This document shows positions 26,182 to 34,701 of a DNA stretch of 64,000 nt, in pieces. The notes under the pieces were generated by a model. The model ran no database searches, was not told the origin of the DNA, and was given only the letters and a program-made list of their open reading frames with translations. The position numbers and the translations under genes were made by a program. The stretch covers positions 15,118 to 79,117 of the forward strand of contig DKID01000015.1 in the NCBI GenBank assembly GCA_002454045.1. The letters run 5' to 3'. Position 1 is the first letter of the stretch, and every line of letters begins with the position of its first letter. Source of the DNA: Nitrospina sp. UBA6727. GTDB lineage: Bacteria; Nitrospinota; Nitrospinia; Nitrospinales; VA-1.

Positions 26182-27258
26182 ATGCCGAAGGTATCTAAAT
26201 ATTTCCCGTTTGTTTTCTCGTTTTTTCTAATTCCCCTCGTTTTATTTTCTCCGGCGATCAGCCACTCCTTGCCCTTCATTTCAAAAAAAACAGAACTGGC
26301 TATGGGCAAAGCCGCCGATGAGCAAATTTCCAGACAATACGGAATCTATCAGGATAAGGAACTGCAGATATACGTCCATGGAATAGGTCAGAATCTGGTA
26401 GCTAAACTTTCTGATAAAGTTTTTACGAGTTATTATTTTCGCATTGTAGATAGTTCGGTTATCAATGCGTTCGCTTTGCCGGGCGGCTATATATATGTGA
26501 GCTTGGGCTTGTTGACGATGGTAAATAGTGAGGCGGAACTTGCGGGAGTTTTAGGTCATGAAATCGGACACGTTATATTTCATCATAGCGCTAAACAATT
26601 GGTGCGCAGTATCGGTTCAACGATTTTTGCTTTGGGGGGGGCCATCGCAAGCCCGAAAAATGCGGGGCAATGGCTTGCGGTTAGCACCGCCATGTTCCAG
26701 CAAATCAACTTGGGGTATGGTCGGGAAGCGGAAATCGAATCAGACGAACAGGGAATATTGAATAGCAAGGAAGCGGGCTACAGTCCTTTTGGAATGTCGC
26801 GGTTTCTTAAAAGTCTGAGACGCAAAGAAATCATGTCGGGTCAATCTTATCACGCCTTCCGCGCGTCTCATCCGGAAACTCAGGAACGAATTGTCAGAGC
26901 CTATCTCATCGCCGAGCGTATGACCAACGAATCGGAAAGCGTCAATAGTTATCGCGATCGATATTTACACATGATCCGCGGTTTGAAATTCGAAGGAAAA
27001 AAACATGCCAGGGATAAAAAATATTACAAGCCGCAATACATCGATTTTTACAAAGTTCAGGAAGGGGACACTTTCCGGAGCATCGCGGAAAAAGAATTGG
27101 GCGATGGAAAAAAGGATTTGGATATATCCGTTCTCAACGGACGAAAGGAAGCCAGCCAACCCCGCCCCGGCGAGTTGTTGAAAATCGTGCGCGCCGGCAA
27201 ATTTAAAAAAGACAAAGCTCTTTACGTCAAGCCCGCCGCCGGTCCCCCTCCGTTCTGA
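26182..27258 (+). CDS. M48 family metalloprotease with a C-terminal LysM-like domain
   Basis: Signal peptide present. HEIGHV zinc motif with a downstream E. The C-terminal YKVQEGDTFRSIAEKELG matches the LysM pattern. Confidence 0.8.
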   Translation: MPKVSKYFPFVFSFFLIPLVLFSPAISHSLPFISKKTELAMGKAADEQISRQYGIYQDKELQIYVHGIGQNLVAKLSDKVFTSYYFRIVDSSVINAFALPGGYIYVSLGLLTMVNSEAELAGVLGHEIGHVIFHHSAKQLVRSIGSTIFALGGAIASPKNAGQWLAVSTAMFQQINLGYGREAEIESDEQGILNSKEAGYSPFGMSRFLKSLRRKEIMSGQSYHAFRASHPETQERIVRAYLIAERMTNESESVNSYRDRYLHMIRGLKFEGKKHARDKKYYKPQYIDFYKVQEGDTFRSIAEKELGDGKKDLDISVLNGRKEASQPRPGELLKIVRAGKFKKDKALYVKPAAGPPPF

Positions 27259-29517
27259 TTATTTTTTCGAGCCCACGTAGTTGAGAGCTGACCCGGCGTT
27301 GAACCAGTTAATCTCGTCTTCGTTGAGGGTGTGGTTGACCTGCATGGAATCGGTGGAGCCGTCTTCATGCTTGACTGTCATGGTGACCGATTTCTCCGGC
27401 GCCAACTGATTCAAGCCGTCATAACTGATTCGATCCTTCGCCTGAATTTTACCGTAGTCCGCTTTGTCCGCAAACGTGAGGGGCAAGACCGCCTGCTTCT
27501 TTAGATTGGCTTCAAAGATGCGGGCGTAGGAATTTGCGACAAACACGCGGCATCCCATGTGGCGCGGTTCCATCGCTGCATGTTCGCGACTAGAACCTTC
27601 GCCGACATTTTCATCGGCAAACACGACCCAGCCTGATCCTGAATCTTTTAGGTCGCGGGCAATTTTATTGAGCTCCTGATTTTTTTCTCCGGTCACCGGA
27701 TTATCACCGTGCCCGGTTTCGGAATGGAACTCATTGGTCGCACCCAAAAACATATTGTTGCTGATGTTGTTCAGATGCCCGCGGAACTTCAGCCATGGAC
27801 CTGCCTGGGAAATATGGTCGGTCGTGCATTTCCCTTTCGCCTTGAACAACACGGGAAGGTCTTGATAGTCCTTAACCTTATTCTGTTTTGGGAAAGGTTC
27901 CAGAAACGCCAACCGTTCGCTAGCCGGGTCGATGACGACTTCACCCGACAAGGTCGAAGATTCATAGCCTGCATCTTGCGGAGTGTAACCATTTGGCGGG
28001 AGAACTTCTCCCACCGGCGGTTGAAATTTAAAATCGTTACCGTCTTTGTCTTTCAATGTATCCGTCAACGGATTGAACTTCATGGAACCACTAAACGCCA
28101 TCGCGACGACCAGTTCGGGACTGCTGATGAAACCCAAAGTTTCGGGATTGCCATCGTTGCGCTTGGCGAAGTTGCGGTTGTAAGAAGTGAGGATGCTGTT
28201 CTTGTCGCCTTTTTTAATGTCGTCCCGTTTCCATTGTCCGATACAGGGACCGCAGGCATTCGCCAAAACCTTGGCGCCGGAATCTTCGAACGCCTGAAGA
28301 ATGCCGTCACGTTTGATGGTCTGATAAATGGTTTCCGAACCCGGGGTGACCATCAGGTTGGTCTTGGGTTTCAGTCCGGCGTCTTTCGCTTGTCGAACTA
28401 AACTGACCGCGCGGGTCAAATCTTCATAACTGGAATTGGTGCAGGAACCGATCAACGCCGCGGAAATTTTTTCCGGGTAGCCTTCCTTATCAACCGCCGC
28501 GCTCATCGCCGATACTGGCCTGCCGAGGTCTGGAGTATGCGGCCCGACGATGTGGGGTTCAAGACTGCTCAAATCAATTTCATGACATTCGTCGTAATAT
28601 TTTTCCGGATCCATTTCCACGGCGGGGTCAGACCGCAAATGTTCGGCGTATTGTTTGCACAAGTCGGCGACGGCGCCGCGGTCGGTCGCGCGCAAATACG
28701 GATCCATCTTATCGTCATAGCCGAAGATGGAAGTGGTCGCGCCAATTTCCGCGCCCATGTTGGTGATGGTGCCTTTGCTGGTGGCGCTCAAACTCCGCGC
28801 TCCTTCGCCAAAATATTCCAGGATTTTTCCCGTGCCGCCTTTAACCGTCAACATGGTGGCGACTTTGAGGATGACATCTTTCGACGCCGTCCAGCCGTTT
28901 AACTTTCCGGTTAATTTAATGCCGACGAGTTTCGGCATCTTCGTCATGAAAGGTTGGTCGGTCATCACGTCGACCGCGTCCGCGCCACCGACGCCAATCG
29001 CGATGGTGCCCATACCGCCGGCGTTGGGAGTGTGCGAGTCCGTGCCAATCATCATGGTCCCGGGGCAAGCGTAGTTTTCATAAACGACTTGATGGATGAT
29101 TCCCGAACCCGGCTTCCAAAATCCCATGCCGTATTTCATAGAGGCGGAACGGAGAAAGTCATACACCTCTTTGTTGGTTTCGCTCGCGGCCTTGAGGTCG
29201 GCCATGGCTCCCGTGTAGGCTTGGATCAAATGGTCGCAGTGGACAGTCGTCGGGACGGCGACCTTCGGCATCTTCGCGGACATAAACTGAAGGATTGCCA
29301 TTTGCGCGGTTGCATCTTGCATGGCTACGCGGTCGGGATGAAGAAAAATATTTGCGACGCCACGCTTCAGTTTAGAATAGTCGGTGTCCGAATCCATGTG
29401 GGTAAAAAGAATTTTTTCAGTGACGGTCAGATCGCGTCCCAAGTTTTTGCGGGCGGCGTCACAAATGACCGCGCAGGACTTAAATAACTTTTCAATGGGG
29501 GCTATCTCCATTAGCAT
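27259..29517 (-). CDS. aconitate hydratase (about 750-aa, mitochondrial-type length)
   Basis: 752 aa. Motifs: HCDHLIQA, GTDSHTPN, NACGPCIGQW, SYNRNFAKRNDGN, GEGSSREHAA. Confidence 0.95.
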   Translation of the reverse strand: MLMEIAPIEKLFKSCAVICDAARKNLGRDLTVTEKILFTHMDSDTDYSKLKRGVANIFLHPDRVAMQDATAQMAILQFMSAKMPKVAVPTTVHCDHLIQAYTGAMADLKAASETNKEVYDFLRSASMKYGMGFWKPGSGIIHQVVYENYACPGTMMIGTDSHTPNAGGMGTIAIGVGGADAVDVMTDQPFMTKMPKLVGIKLTGKLNGWTASKDVILKVATMLTVKGGTGKILEYFGEGARSLSATSKGTITNMGAEIGATTSIFGYDDKMDPYLRATDRGAVADLCKQYAEHLRSDPAVEMDPEKYYDECHEIDLSSLEPHIVGPHTPDLGRPVSAMSAAVDKEGYPEKISAALIGSCTNSSYEDLTRAVSLVRQAKDAGLKPKTNLMVTPGSETIYQTIKRDGILQAFEDSGAKVLANACGPCIGQWKRDDIKKGDKNSILTSYNRNFAKRNDGNPETLGFISSPELVVAMAFSGSMKFNPLTDTLKDKDGNDFKFQPPVGEVLPPNGYTPQDAGYESSTLSGEVVIDPASERLAFLEPFPKQNKVKDYQDLPVLFKAKGKCTTDHISQAGPWLKFRGHLNNISNNMFLGATNEFHSETGHGDNPVTGEKNQELNKIARDLKDSGSGWVVFADENVGEGSSREHAAMEPRHMGCRVFVANSYARIFEANLKKQAVLPLTFADKADYGKIQAKDRISYDGLNQLAPEKSVTMTVKHEDGSTDSMQVNHTLNEDEINWFNAGSALNYVGSKK

Positions 29518-29632
29518 CAGAATTCACCTTATCTCAATGGGGTTACGAACGAAGTATCGGACGAACACCGCGCCCGACCAAAATTTTAAAAAGATATACC
29601 GTTTTGATGAACGCGTTTTAGCACGAATCAAA

Positions 29633-29782
29633 ATGGATTTCAATTTTTTCAAAACGCCGCCGCCGACTTTTTCCCGACATCGTGACGGCGACGACAGTGT
29701 CGGTGATGACGACAGTGATGCCGCCGCCGGGGATTGTGAAAAATGCATTTCACGCTTTATGGATTTGGATGATAATTGCTGA
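29633..29782 (+). CDS. possible 49-aa acidic, Cys-containing small ORF coupled to the downstream hydrolase
   Basis: From the ATG at 29633: MDFNFFKTPPPTFSRHRDGDDSVGDDDSDAAAGDCEKCISRFMDLDDNC. Its stop TGA shares one nucleotide with the hydrolase ATG (TGATG). No clear SD sequence. It overlaps repeat copy D. Confidence 0.2.
   Translation: MDFNFFKTPPPTFSRHRDGDDSVGDDDSDAAAGDCEKCISRFMDLDDNC
29681..29755. repeat. diverged copy (D) of the extragenic repeat family
   Basis: GTGACGGCGACGAC..GGTGATGACGAC..GCCGCCGCC..GTGAAAAATGCATTTCAC shares the GAC/GGT/GCC-rich arm and an AAAATG..ATTTC core with copies A-C. Confidence 0.35.
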
Positions 29783-30546
29783 TGGGAAACTCTACGACTC
29801 CAGTTTTTGATTCGCGGATTTTTAACGCCAACCTCTTTTTCCCCAGAGAGGACGGTGCTCCCGCGCCTGCCCATTGCGACGAAATTCAAGTGCAGGTGGA
29901 ATCCGAAGCGTCCGTTCACGTTCGGCGGCACCCATCGTCCGTAGCCAGATTCAGTTTATTATTCTTTCACGGCAACGGGGAAATTGTGTCGGACTACGAT
30001 AACTTGGCGGAACATTTCAATTCGCTGGGGGCGGAACTGACCGTCGCCGACTTTCGCGGTTATGGCAGGAGCACGGGAACGCCGACTCTTCGCAACACTT
30101 TGGAAGACGCCCATAAAATTTTCCGCCAACTAAAATCAAACGGTAAATTAAAAGAGAAAGTCTGTATCATGGGACGGTCGCTAGGCGGCGCGCCGACTTT
30201 GGAACTTTGCGCCGAGCATCCCGATGTCGCCGGTTGCGTTCTCGAAAGTGCTTACGCCGACCCGGTTCTGTTGGTAAGAAGGCGGGGATTGAAAATCGAT
30301 AAAACCACGCCGGAAGAAAATGCGCTCTTTAATAATAGCCAGAAAATCCGTTTGGTGAAATGCCCACTTCTTATCATGCACGGCGACGGCGATGTTTTAG
30401 TGTCGCCGCACGAAGCAAAATTAAACTTTGATAACGCCGGGTCAAAAATAAAACATCTTGAAATACTGGAAGGGGTGGGACACAACGACATGATGATGGC
30501 GCATTCCTACTTCACCACCTTAAAAAAGTTTTTCGATTCTTTGTGA
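29782..30546 (+). CDS. alpha/beta hydrolase
   Basis: HGNGE oxyanion region, GRSLGG nucleophile elbow, HGDGD, and GVGHND catalytic His. An alternative TTG start lies at 29776. Confidence 0.75.
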   Translation: MGNSTTPVFDSRIFNANLFFPREDGAPAPAHCDEIQVQVESEASVHVRRHPSSVARFSLLFFHGNGEIVSDYDNLAEHFNSLGAELTVADFRGYGRSTGTPTLRNTLEDAHKIFRQLKSNGKLKEKVCIMGRSLGGAPTLELCAEHPDVAGCVLESAYADPVLLVRRRGLKIDKTTPEENALFNNSQKIRLVKCPLLIMHGDGDVLVSPHEAKLNFDNAGSKIKHLEILEGVGHNDMMMAHSYFTTLKKFFDSL

Positions 30547-30559
30547 CGAGGAACTCGTT

Positions 30560-31753
30560 GTGAAAAAGTTTTATAACATTGAAGGATTAATCCGGACTGG
30601 ATTCAAATTGAGTCGCGACTACGAAACCCTGGATTTCACTTACGCAAAATTTGGCGATGACGCAGTGCAGGAGATGGTCAAGTCGCGGTCTATCAAACAG
30701 GTGAGAAGGTTGACCATCAACGGAAAAAAGTTGACCGCGCTTTCTGCCCGCGCATTGGCGGAGTCGGACAAACTGCCTAATCTGGAATCCTTAAAATTGT
30801 ACAAAAATAAAATCGGCGATGCGGGAATAAAATATTTGGCGGAGTCCGAAAAATTTCCCAACCTTAAATCTTTGCGGTTGGCGTGGAATGGGATTGGACC
30901 GGAAGGAAGCCGGTGTTTGGCTGAATCCCCCAACATGGGAAATTTAATTTCGCTGGCGTTGTCAGAAAATCGGGTCGGCGACGAAGGATTAAAATATCTG
31001 GCGCAGGCAAAATCCTTATGCAGCCTGGAGATTATGGACCTCAGGAAAAATCAGATTACGGATGAAGGAGCCGAGGCGTTGTCTAAAAGTAAATGCTTGC
31101 CGAAATTGCAAACCATAGACCTCACCGATAATTCGTTGACGGAAAAAGGAATCAACGCGCTGGCAGAATTTAAAATCTTCAACCTAGTCCGCGCCCAACT
31201 CAGCGACGACGGAATGAAACTTGACCTCAGCAATCGCGGTATCGGAGACGTGGAATGTAAATCTATTGCCGCGTGCGAAGAGTTGAAAGACTTGACCCAT
31301 CTTTACTTGGAACTCAATAAAATCACAGAACAAGGCATCGCGCTTCTTGCTGGTAGCGAACATTTGCAAAACCTCACCCTCTTGTCACTCGACCGCAACA
31401 AAATCGGCGACGGCGGTTTCATCCACATCATCGAATCGAAAACTCTTCAGAACATTCAAGTGTTGATGATCGAAAACAACGGCATCACCGATGAAGGCAT
31501 CACCGCTCTCTGCGAGAAGGAGTGCATGACGAATCTGTTGCGTCTCTACATCGACGAAAACGACACGACGGAGGAAGGATTTGAATTGCTGGCCGAACCC
31601 GAACATCTGCAACAGTTGGAATATCCGGAGTTCGAACGCGAAGAGGAAATCGAAGAAGAGGAAGAAGAGGAAGAAGAATTCGAAGACGTCGATGACATCG
31701 AGGAAATCGAGGAGGAAGAAGACCTCGGCGAAACGGAGTATGAAAGCCAGTAG
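30560..31753 (+). CDS. leucine-rich repeat protein (RNI-like) with a poly-Glu/Asp C-terminal tail
   Basis: GTG start, 397 aa. It has about 11 units of 28 aa, for example LESLKLYKNKIGDAGIKYLAESEKFPN. The last roughly 45 residues are almost entirely E/D, encoded by a GAA/GAG-rich tract at 31618-31750. Confidence 0.75.
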   Translation: MKKFYNIEGLIRTGFKLSRDYETLDFTYAKFGDDAVQEMVKSRSIKQVRRLTINGKKLTALSARALAESDKLPNLESLKLYKNKIGDAGIKYLAESEKFPNLKSLRLAWNGIGPEGSRCLAESPNMGNLISLALSENRVGDEGLKYLAQAKSLCSLEIMDLRKNQITDEGAEALSKSKCLPKLQTIDLTDNSLTEKGINALAEFKIFNLVRAQLSDDGMKLDLSNRGIGDVECKSIAACEELKDLTHLYLELNKITEQGIALLAGSEHLQNLTLLSLDRNKIGDGGFIHIIESKTLQNIQVLMIENNGITDEGITALCEKECMTNLLRLYIDENDTTEEGFELLAEPEHLQQLEYPEFEREEEIEEEEEEEEEFEDVDDIEEIEEEEDLGETEYESQ

Positions 31754-31774
31754 CCACGTTTAGTCTGGACGAAA

Positions 31775-31815
31775 GGACGCCGCCGATTTCATTTTCCGCG
31801 ACGGTGACGGCACCG
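31775..31815 (-). repeat. copy C of the extragenic repeat (GTCACCGTCG-n4-AAATGAAATC), minus orientation
   Basis: The reverse complement reads GCCGTCACCGTCGCGGAAAATGAAATCGGCGGCGTC. It begins directly after the stop of the minus-strand gene 31816-32361. Confidence 0.6.
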
Positions 31816-32361
31816 TTACCACGAAGTGCGCCAAAGGTCTTGCGAGGATTTCATTTTGAAGATTTCTTTGACCCTGTCGGCAAAATTTTCCGCGGAGAAA
31901 GTTTTGGTGTATTCATCCCCCGCGGTTTTATACGGGTTCCACGACATGACCAACCTTTCGATGAACATTTCTTCCAACGGAACGTGGGTGATTTTCTGGA
32001 TGATTTTAGTTTCGGAGTCAACCAGAATCGCGACCATACTGTAATCTTCCTTCGCGTATAAAGCTTCGATGAACCCGGGAGTTTCCTTTTCCTGCTGCGA
32101 TGGATTGCAAGGAGTCTCAAGCAACCAGTCTTCGCCGCCGACAGCGAATATGGGGATGGACGGAAACTCCGATTCGGCGATTAGTTTCGCTCGCCATTTT
32201 CCAGCGAACGCGTTGACTTGCGCTTCGGAAGGGTGGGGCAGCGAAGCAACTAGCAACATGTCGCCGTTGGGCGCAAAGGAAAGGCCGCCGCCGTGTCCCT
32301 CAATGGGCAAAGGGCAAGACTTGCCTTCTTCGAAGTTTATAGTTTGGCTCATTTCATTCAT
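31816..32361 (-). CDS. hypothetical protein (181 aa)
   Basis: Clean ATG ORF with no recognisable motif. Divergent from the MBL-fold gene. Confidence 0.5.
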   Translation of the reverse strand: MNEMSQTINFEEGKSCPLPIEGHGGGLSFAPNGDMLLVASLPHPSEAQVNAFAGKWRAKLIAESEFPSIPIFAVGGEDWLLETPCNPSQQEKETPGFIEALYAKEDYSMVAILVDSETKIIQKITHVPLEEMFIERLVMSWNPYKTAGDEYTKTFSAENFADRVKEIFKMKSSQDLWRTSW

Positions 32362-32556
32362 GGCAAAAATTCAGAGTTGCGCGAGAATTATTCTGGAGAA
32401 GTCGGGCAGCATTGTCAACCCCGCGAACTCACCGCGATGCGCGGGAACGAAAAAAGTTTCATCCGGTAGCAATCATTAAACCGATTGAGTGCCTACTATA
32501 ATTCGGTTAGCTTTGCGGGCTAAATTCTCTTAACGAAAAAACCGTTTAACGTAATA

Positions 32557-33951
32557 ATGATTACCACTCTGATTTCTCACGCTTGCCTGTTGATCCAATC
32601 GCGCGACACCACGGTGTTGACGGACCCGGTGTTTTTTGATTATTTGTGGGAAGAGTGCAACGTCCAATGCCCGAGCATAAATCTTGACCTGACGAAACTT
32701 CCCAAGGTGGATATTTTAAATATCTCGCACCGGCACCAAGATCATTTTGACATCCGCACTCTGGCTTACATTTCCAAAGACGCCGACATTCTTGCGCCGG
32801 ACGCCGTAGTGCTCGCGCCGCGTGATGAAATTCTTCTGGGAGTTCTGAAGGAATTGGAATTCAAAAATATCATCGTCGCGGAAGATTTCAAAACATTGGA
32901 AATCAAAGGGCTGGCGCTGACGCCCACGCCTTCCTTGAACGAGCAAGATTATTTTCCCGAACATGGTCTGCTGGTTCATGACGGTGAAGTTACGCTTTGG
33001 AATCAAGTCGACACCATCGTTTCGCCAGACATCATCAAATACATGCACCGTTTGTACGGCCAGTTGGATTTTGCGCACGTTCGTTACCTGCCTCTTTTGG
33101 AAGGAAATTTTTGTTTTCACAATCCTTTGGAATTGCCGATGGAGGAGTACAGTTCTTACCTTAAAGTTGCTGCTACGTGTAAACCAAAATTCGCGGTGCC
33201 CGGTTCCGCCGGATTCAAATACCGGGACGAATTTAGTTTTCTAAATCAATATTCCTTCCCGACGACGCAGAAACAATTTTTAAGAGACTTGGCGGACTTT
33301 TGTCCCGATATAAAAAGCGACGTGTTTTATCCCGGTGACCGCGGCGTTATAACTCGCGAAGGGGTGGAGATACAAAAAGCGGCGGCGGAATTTGTAAAGA
33401 TTAAAGAGGATGACGGGCATGAAATCGAGTTCAAACCCGTGTCGGAAGTTCCGCCCATCCGCACTCGTACGTTGGACAAAGCGGAGCATGAAAAAGAATG
33501 GCGAGCGGTTGTCGATTTTATTGAGAGTCGGTTCGTCGGCATGTTGATCGAAAAAAAAGCCGTGCAAACTTGGGTGGATTGGAAAGTGGTTTATCACCTC
33601 GAAGTTTTCGGTCAGGACGGTTCCGAAATATGGTGTTTGGATTTTGCCAGCGAGGACGCGGATATTATCAGGGGGCGTGTCGGAAAAATCAATCTCTACG
33701 AGGGGGTAGCCTGTTCAGAGTTTTATAACTTGATACAGAATGAAACAAGTTGGGACTTTGTGGGAATCAACGGGCAATATCGTACGTTTAAAGATATTTA
33801 TAGAATTCGATTGGGCGAGTTTGAACACTGGACTGCCGCGGACAAAAAATTTCCGCAGCCGTTGACCGAAGTGTTCCCCGCTGGGCAAGAGATGGACCGC
33901 GCAAAATTTATGCGCGACGTGAAACGTTGGAAGGACAAGGCGAGTACTTAA
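32557..33951 (+). CDS. metallo-beta-lactamase-fold protein with an extended C-terminal domain
   Basis: 464 aa. The HxHxDH motif appears as SHRHQDHFD near the N-terminus. The remainder is unassigned. Confidence 0.7.
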   Translation: MITTLISHACLLIQSRDTTVLTDPVFFDYLWEECNVQCPSINLDLTKLPKVDILNISHRHQDHFDIRTLAYISKDADILAPDAVVLAPRDEILLGVLKELEFKNIIVAEDFKTLEIKGLALTPTPSLNEQDYFPEHGLLVHDGEVTLWNQVDTIVSPDIIKYMHRLYGQLDFAHVRYLPLLEGNFCFHNPLELPMEEYSSYLKVAATCKPKFAVPGSAGFKYRDEFSFLNQYSFPTTQKQFLRDLADFCPDIKSDVFYPGDRGVITREGVEIQKAAAEFVKIKEDDGHEIEFKPVSEVPPIRTRTLDKAEHEKEWRAVVDFIESRFVGMLIEKKAVQTWVDWKVVYHLEVFGQDGSEIWCLDFASEDADIIRGRVGKINLYEGVACSEFYNLIQNETSWDFVGINGQYRTFKDIYRIRLGEFEHWTAADKKFPQPLTEVFPAGQEMDRAKFMRDVKRWKDKAST

Positions 33952-33954
33952 TCC

Positions 33955-34030
33955 CGGCGACACTGTCACCGTCGTCGCGGGAAATGAAATCGTCACCGTC
34001 ACCGACGGCGATGACCGTCATCATCGACAC
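33955..34030 (+). repeat. copy A of the extragenic repeat (GTCACCGTCG-n7-AAATGAAATC)
   Basis: It starts 4 nt after the stop of the MBL gene: CTGTCACCGTCGTCGCGGGAAATGAAATCGTCACCGTCACCGACGGCGATGACCGTCATC. Confidence 0.6.
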
Positions 34031-34042
34031 CGTCCTCGCGAA

Positions 34043-34078
34043 TTGACATTGACAGGTAAGGATGAAAGGAAGTAGCAT
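34043..34078 (+). promoter_or_regulatory. candidate promoter for tRNA-Met
   Basis: Tandem TTGACATTGACA (34043-34054) followed 18 nt later by TAGCAT (34073-34078), about 45 nt upstream of the tRNA. Confidence 0.25.
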
Positions 34079-34122
34079 TCGTCGCCAACCTTCAAGACAG
34101 CAACCAATTATAAAAGTTCCGC

Positions 34123-34199
34123 GGCGGTGTAGCTCAGGTGGTTAGAGCATACGGCTCATATCCGTAGTGTCGGGGGTTCGAGTCCCTCCACCGCTACCA
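34123..34199 (+). tRNA. tRNA with CAU anticodon (elongator Met type; lysidine-modified Ile2 not excluded), CCA encoded
   Basis: 77 nt. GGCGGTG acceptor, D-arm GCTC-AGGTGGTTA-GAGC, anticodon arm TACGG-CTCATAT-CCGTA, T-arm GGGGG-TTCGAGT-CCCTC. The anticodon stem lacks the three G-C pairs typical of initiators. Confidence 0.85.
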
Positions 34200-34322
34200 T
34201 TTTTATTTTCCATCCCGTCATCCAAAACTTTAGCCATAGCCGTGTGGACTTTGCAGGAGGATTAAGTTAAAACGATGAGAACCATTGCCATTCTAAAAAC
34301 CAAAGTCTAATTTTTTGGACTT

Positions 34323-34610
34323 ATGAATCTTCCTCCCACCATCAAAACCGACGATATCATCTGCCAATGTCATCGGGTCACGGAGAGCACCATCCGCAAC
34401 GCGATTGCGACGGGACGGTTAGACGACATTGGGTCGGTCACCGAGGCGTGCGAGGCGGGCGGGGGGTGTCATTCCTGCCACATTCTTATTCAACTTTTCA
34501 TCGACCAGCATCAGGAGAAACCCATCTCCGTCGAAGAGTTGGTTCACGACCACGCGCAGAAGGTAAAAAAGAAGGGCATCCTAACGCGCTTCTTCAAAAA
34601 ACTCCGCTAG
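34323..34610 (+). CDS. BFD-like [2Fe-2S]-binding domain protein
   Basis: 95 aa. The CQCH..(about 30 aa)..CEAGGGCHSCH four-Cys pattern is typical of Bfd/NifU-type (2Fe-2S) domains. Confidence 0.7.
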   Translation: MNLPPTIKTDDIICQCHRVTESTIRNAIATGRLDDIGSVTEACEAGGGCHSCHILIQLFIDQHQEKPISVEELVHDHAQKVKKKGILTRFFKKLR

Positions 34611-34701
34611 CAACCTTTTGCGATGCGTTAGAAAAATGATGACGGTCAATGACAAAGTTGCTAAGGATTCGCTTCAAGTTTCCTTTAGAAAATAAAATAT
34701 T

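Noticed and set aside
31618-31750. GAA/GAG-rich microsatellite-like tract. A similar GAT/GAC tract lies at 10621-10687.
   Set aside because: Both are in frame within long ORFs and encode poly-Glu/Asp C-terminal tails. They are coding low-complexity sequence rather than intergenic repeats.
34123-34199. Apparent G1-U72 wobble at the top of the tRNA(CAU) acceptor stem as an anomaly.
   Set aside because: As far as I recall, the same GGCGGTG...CGCT-A-CCA type of end occurs in ordinary bacterial elongator tRNA-Met genes, so it is not treated as unusual.
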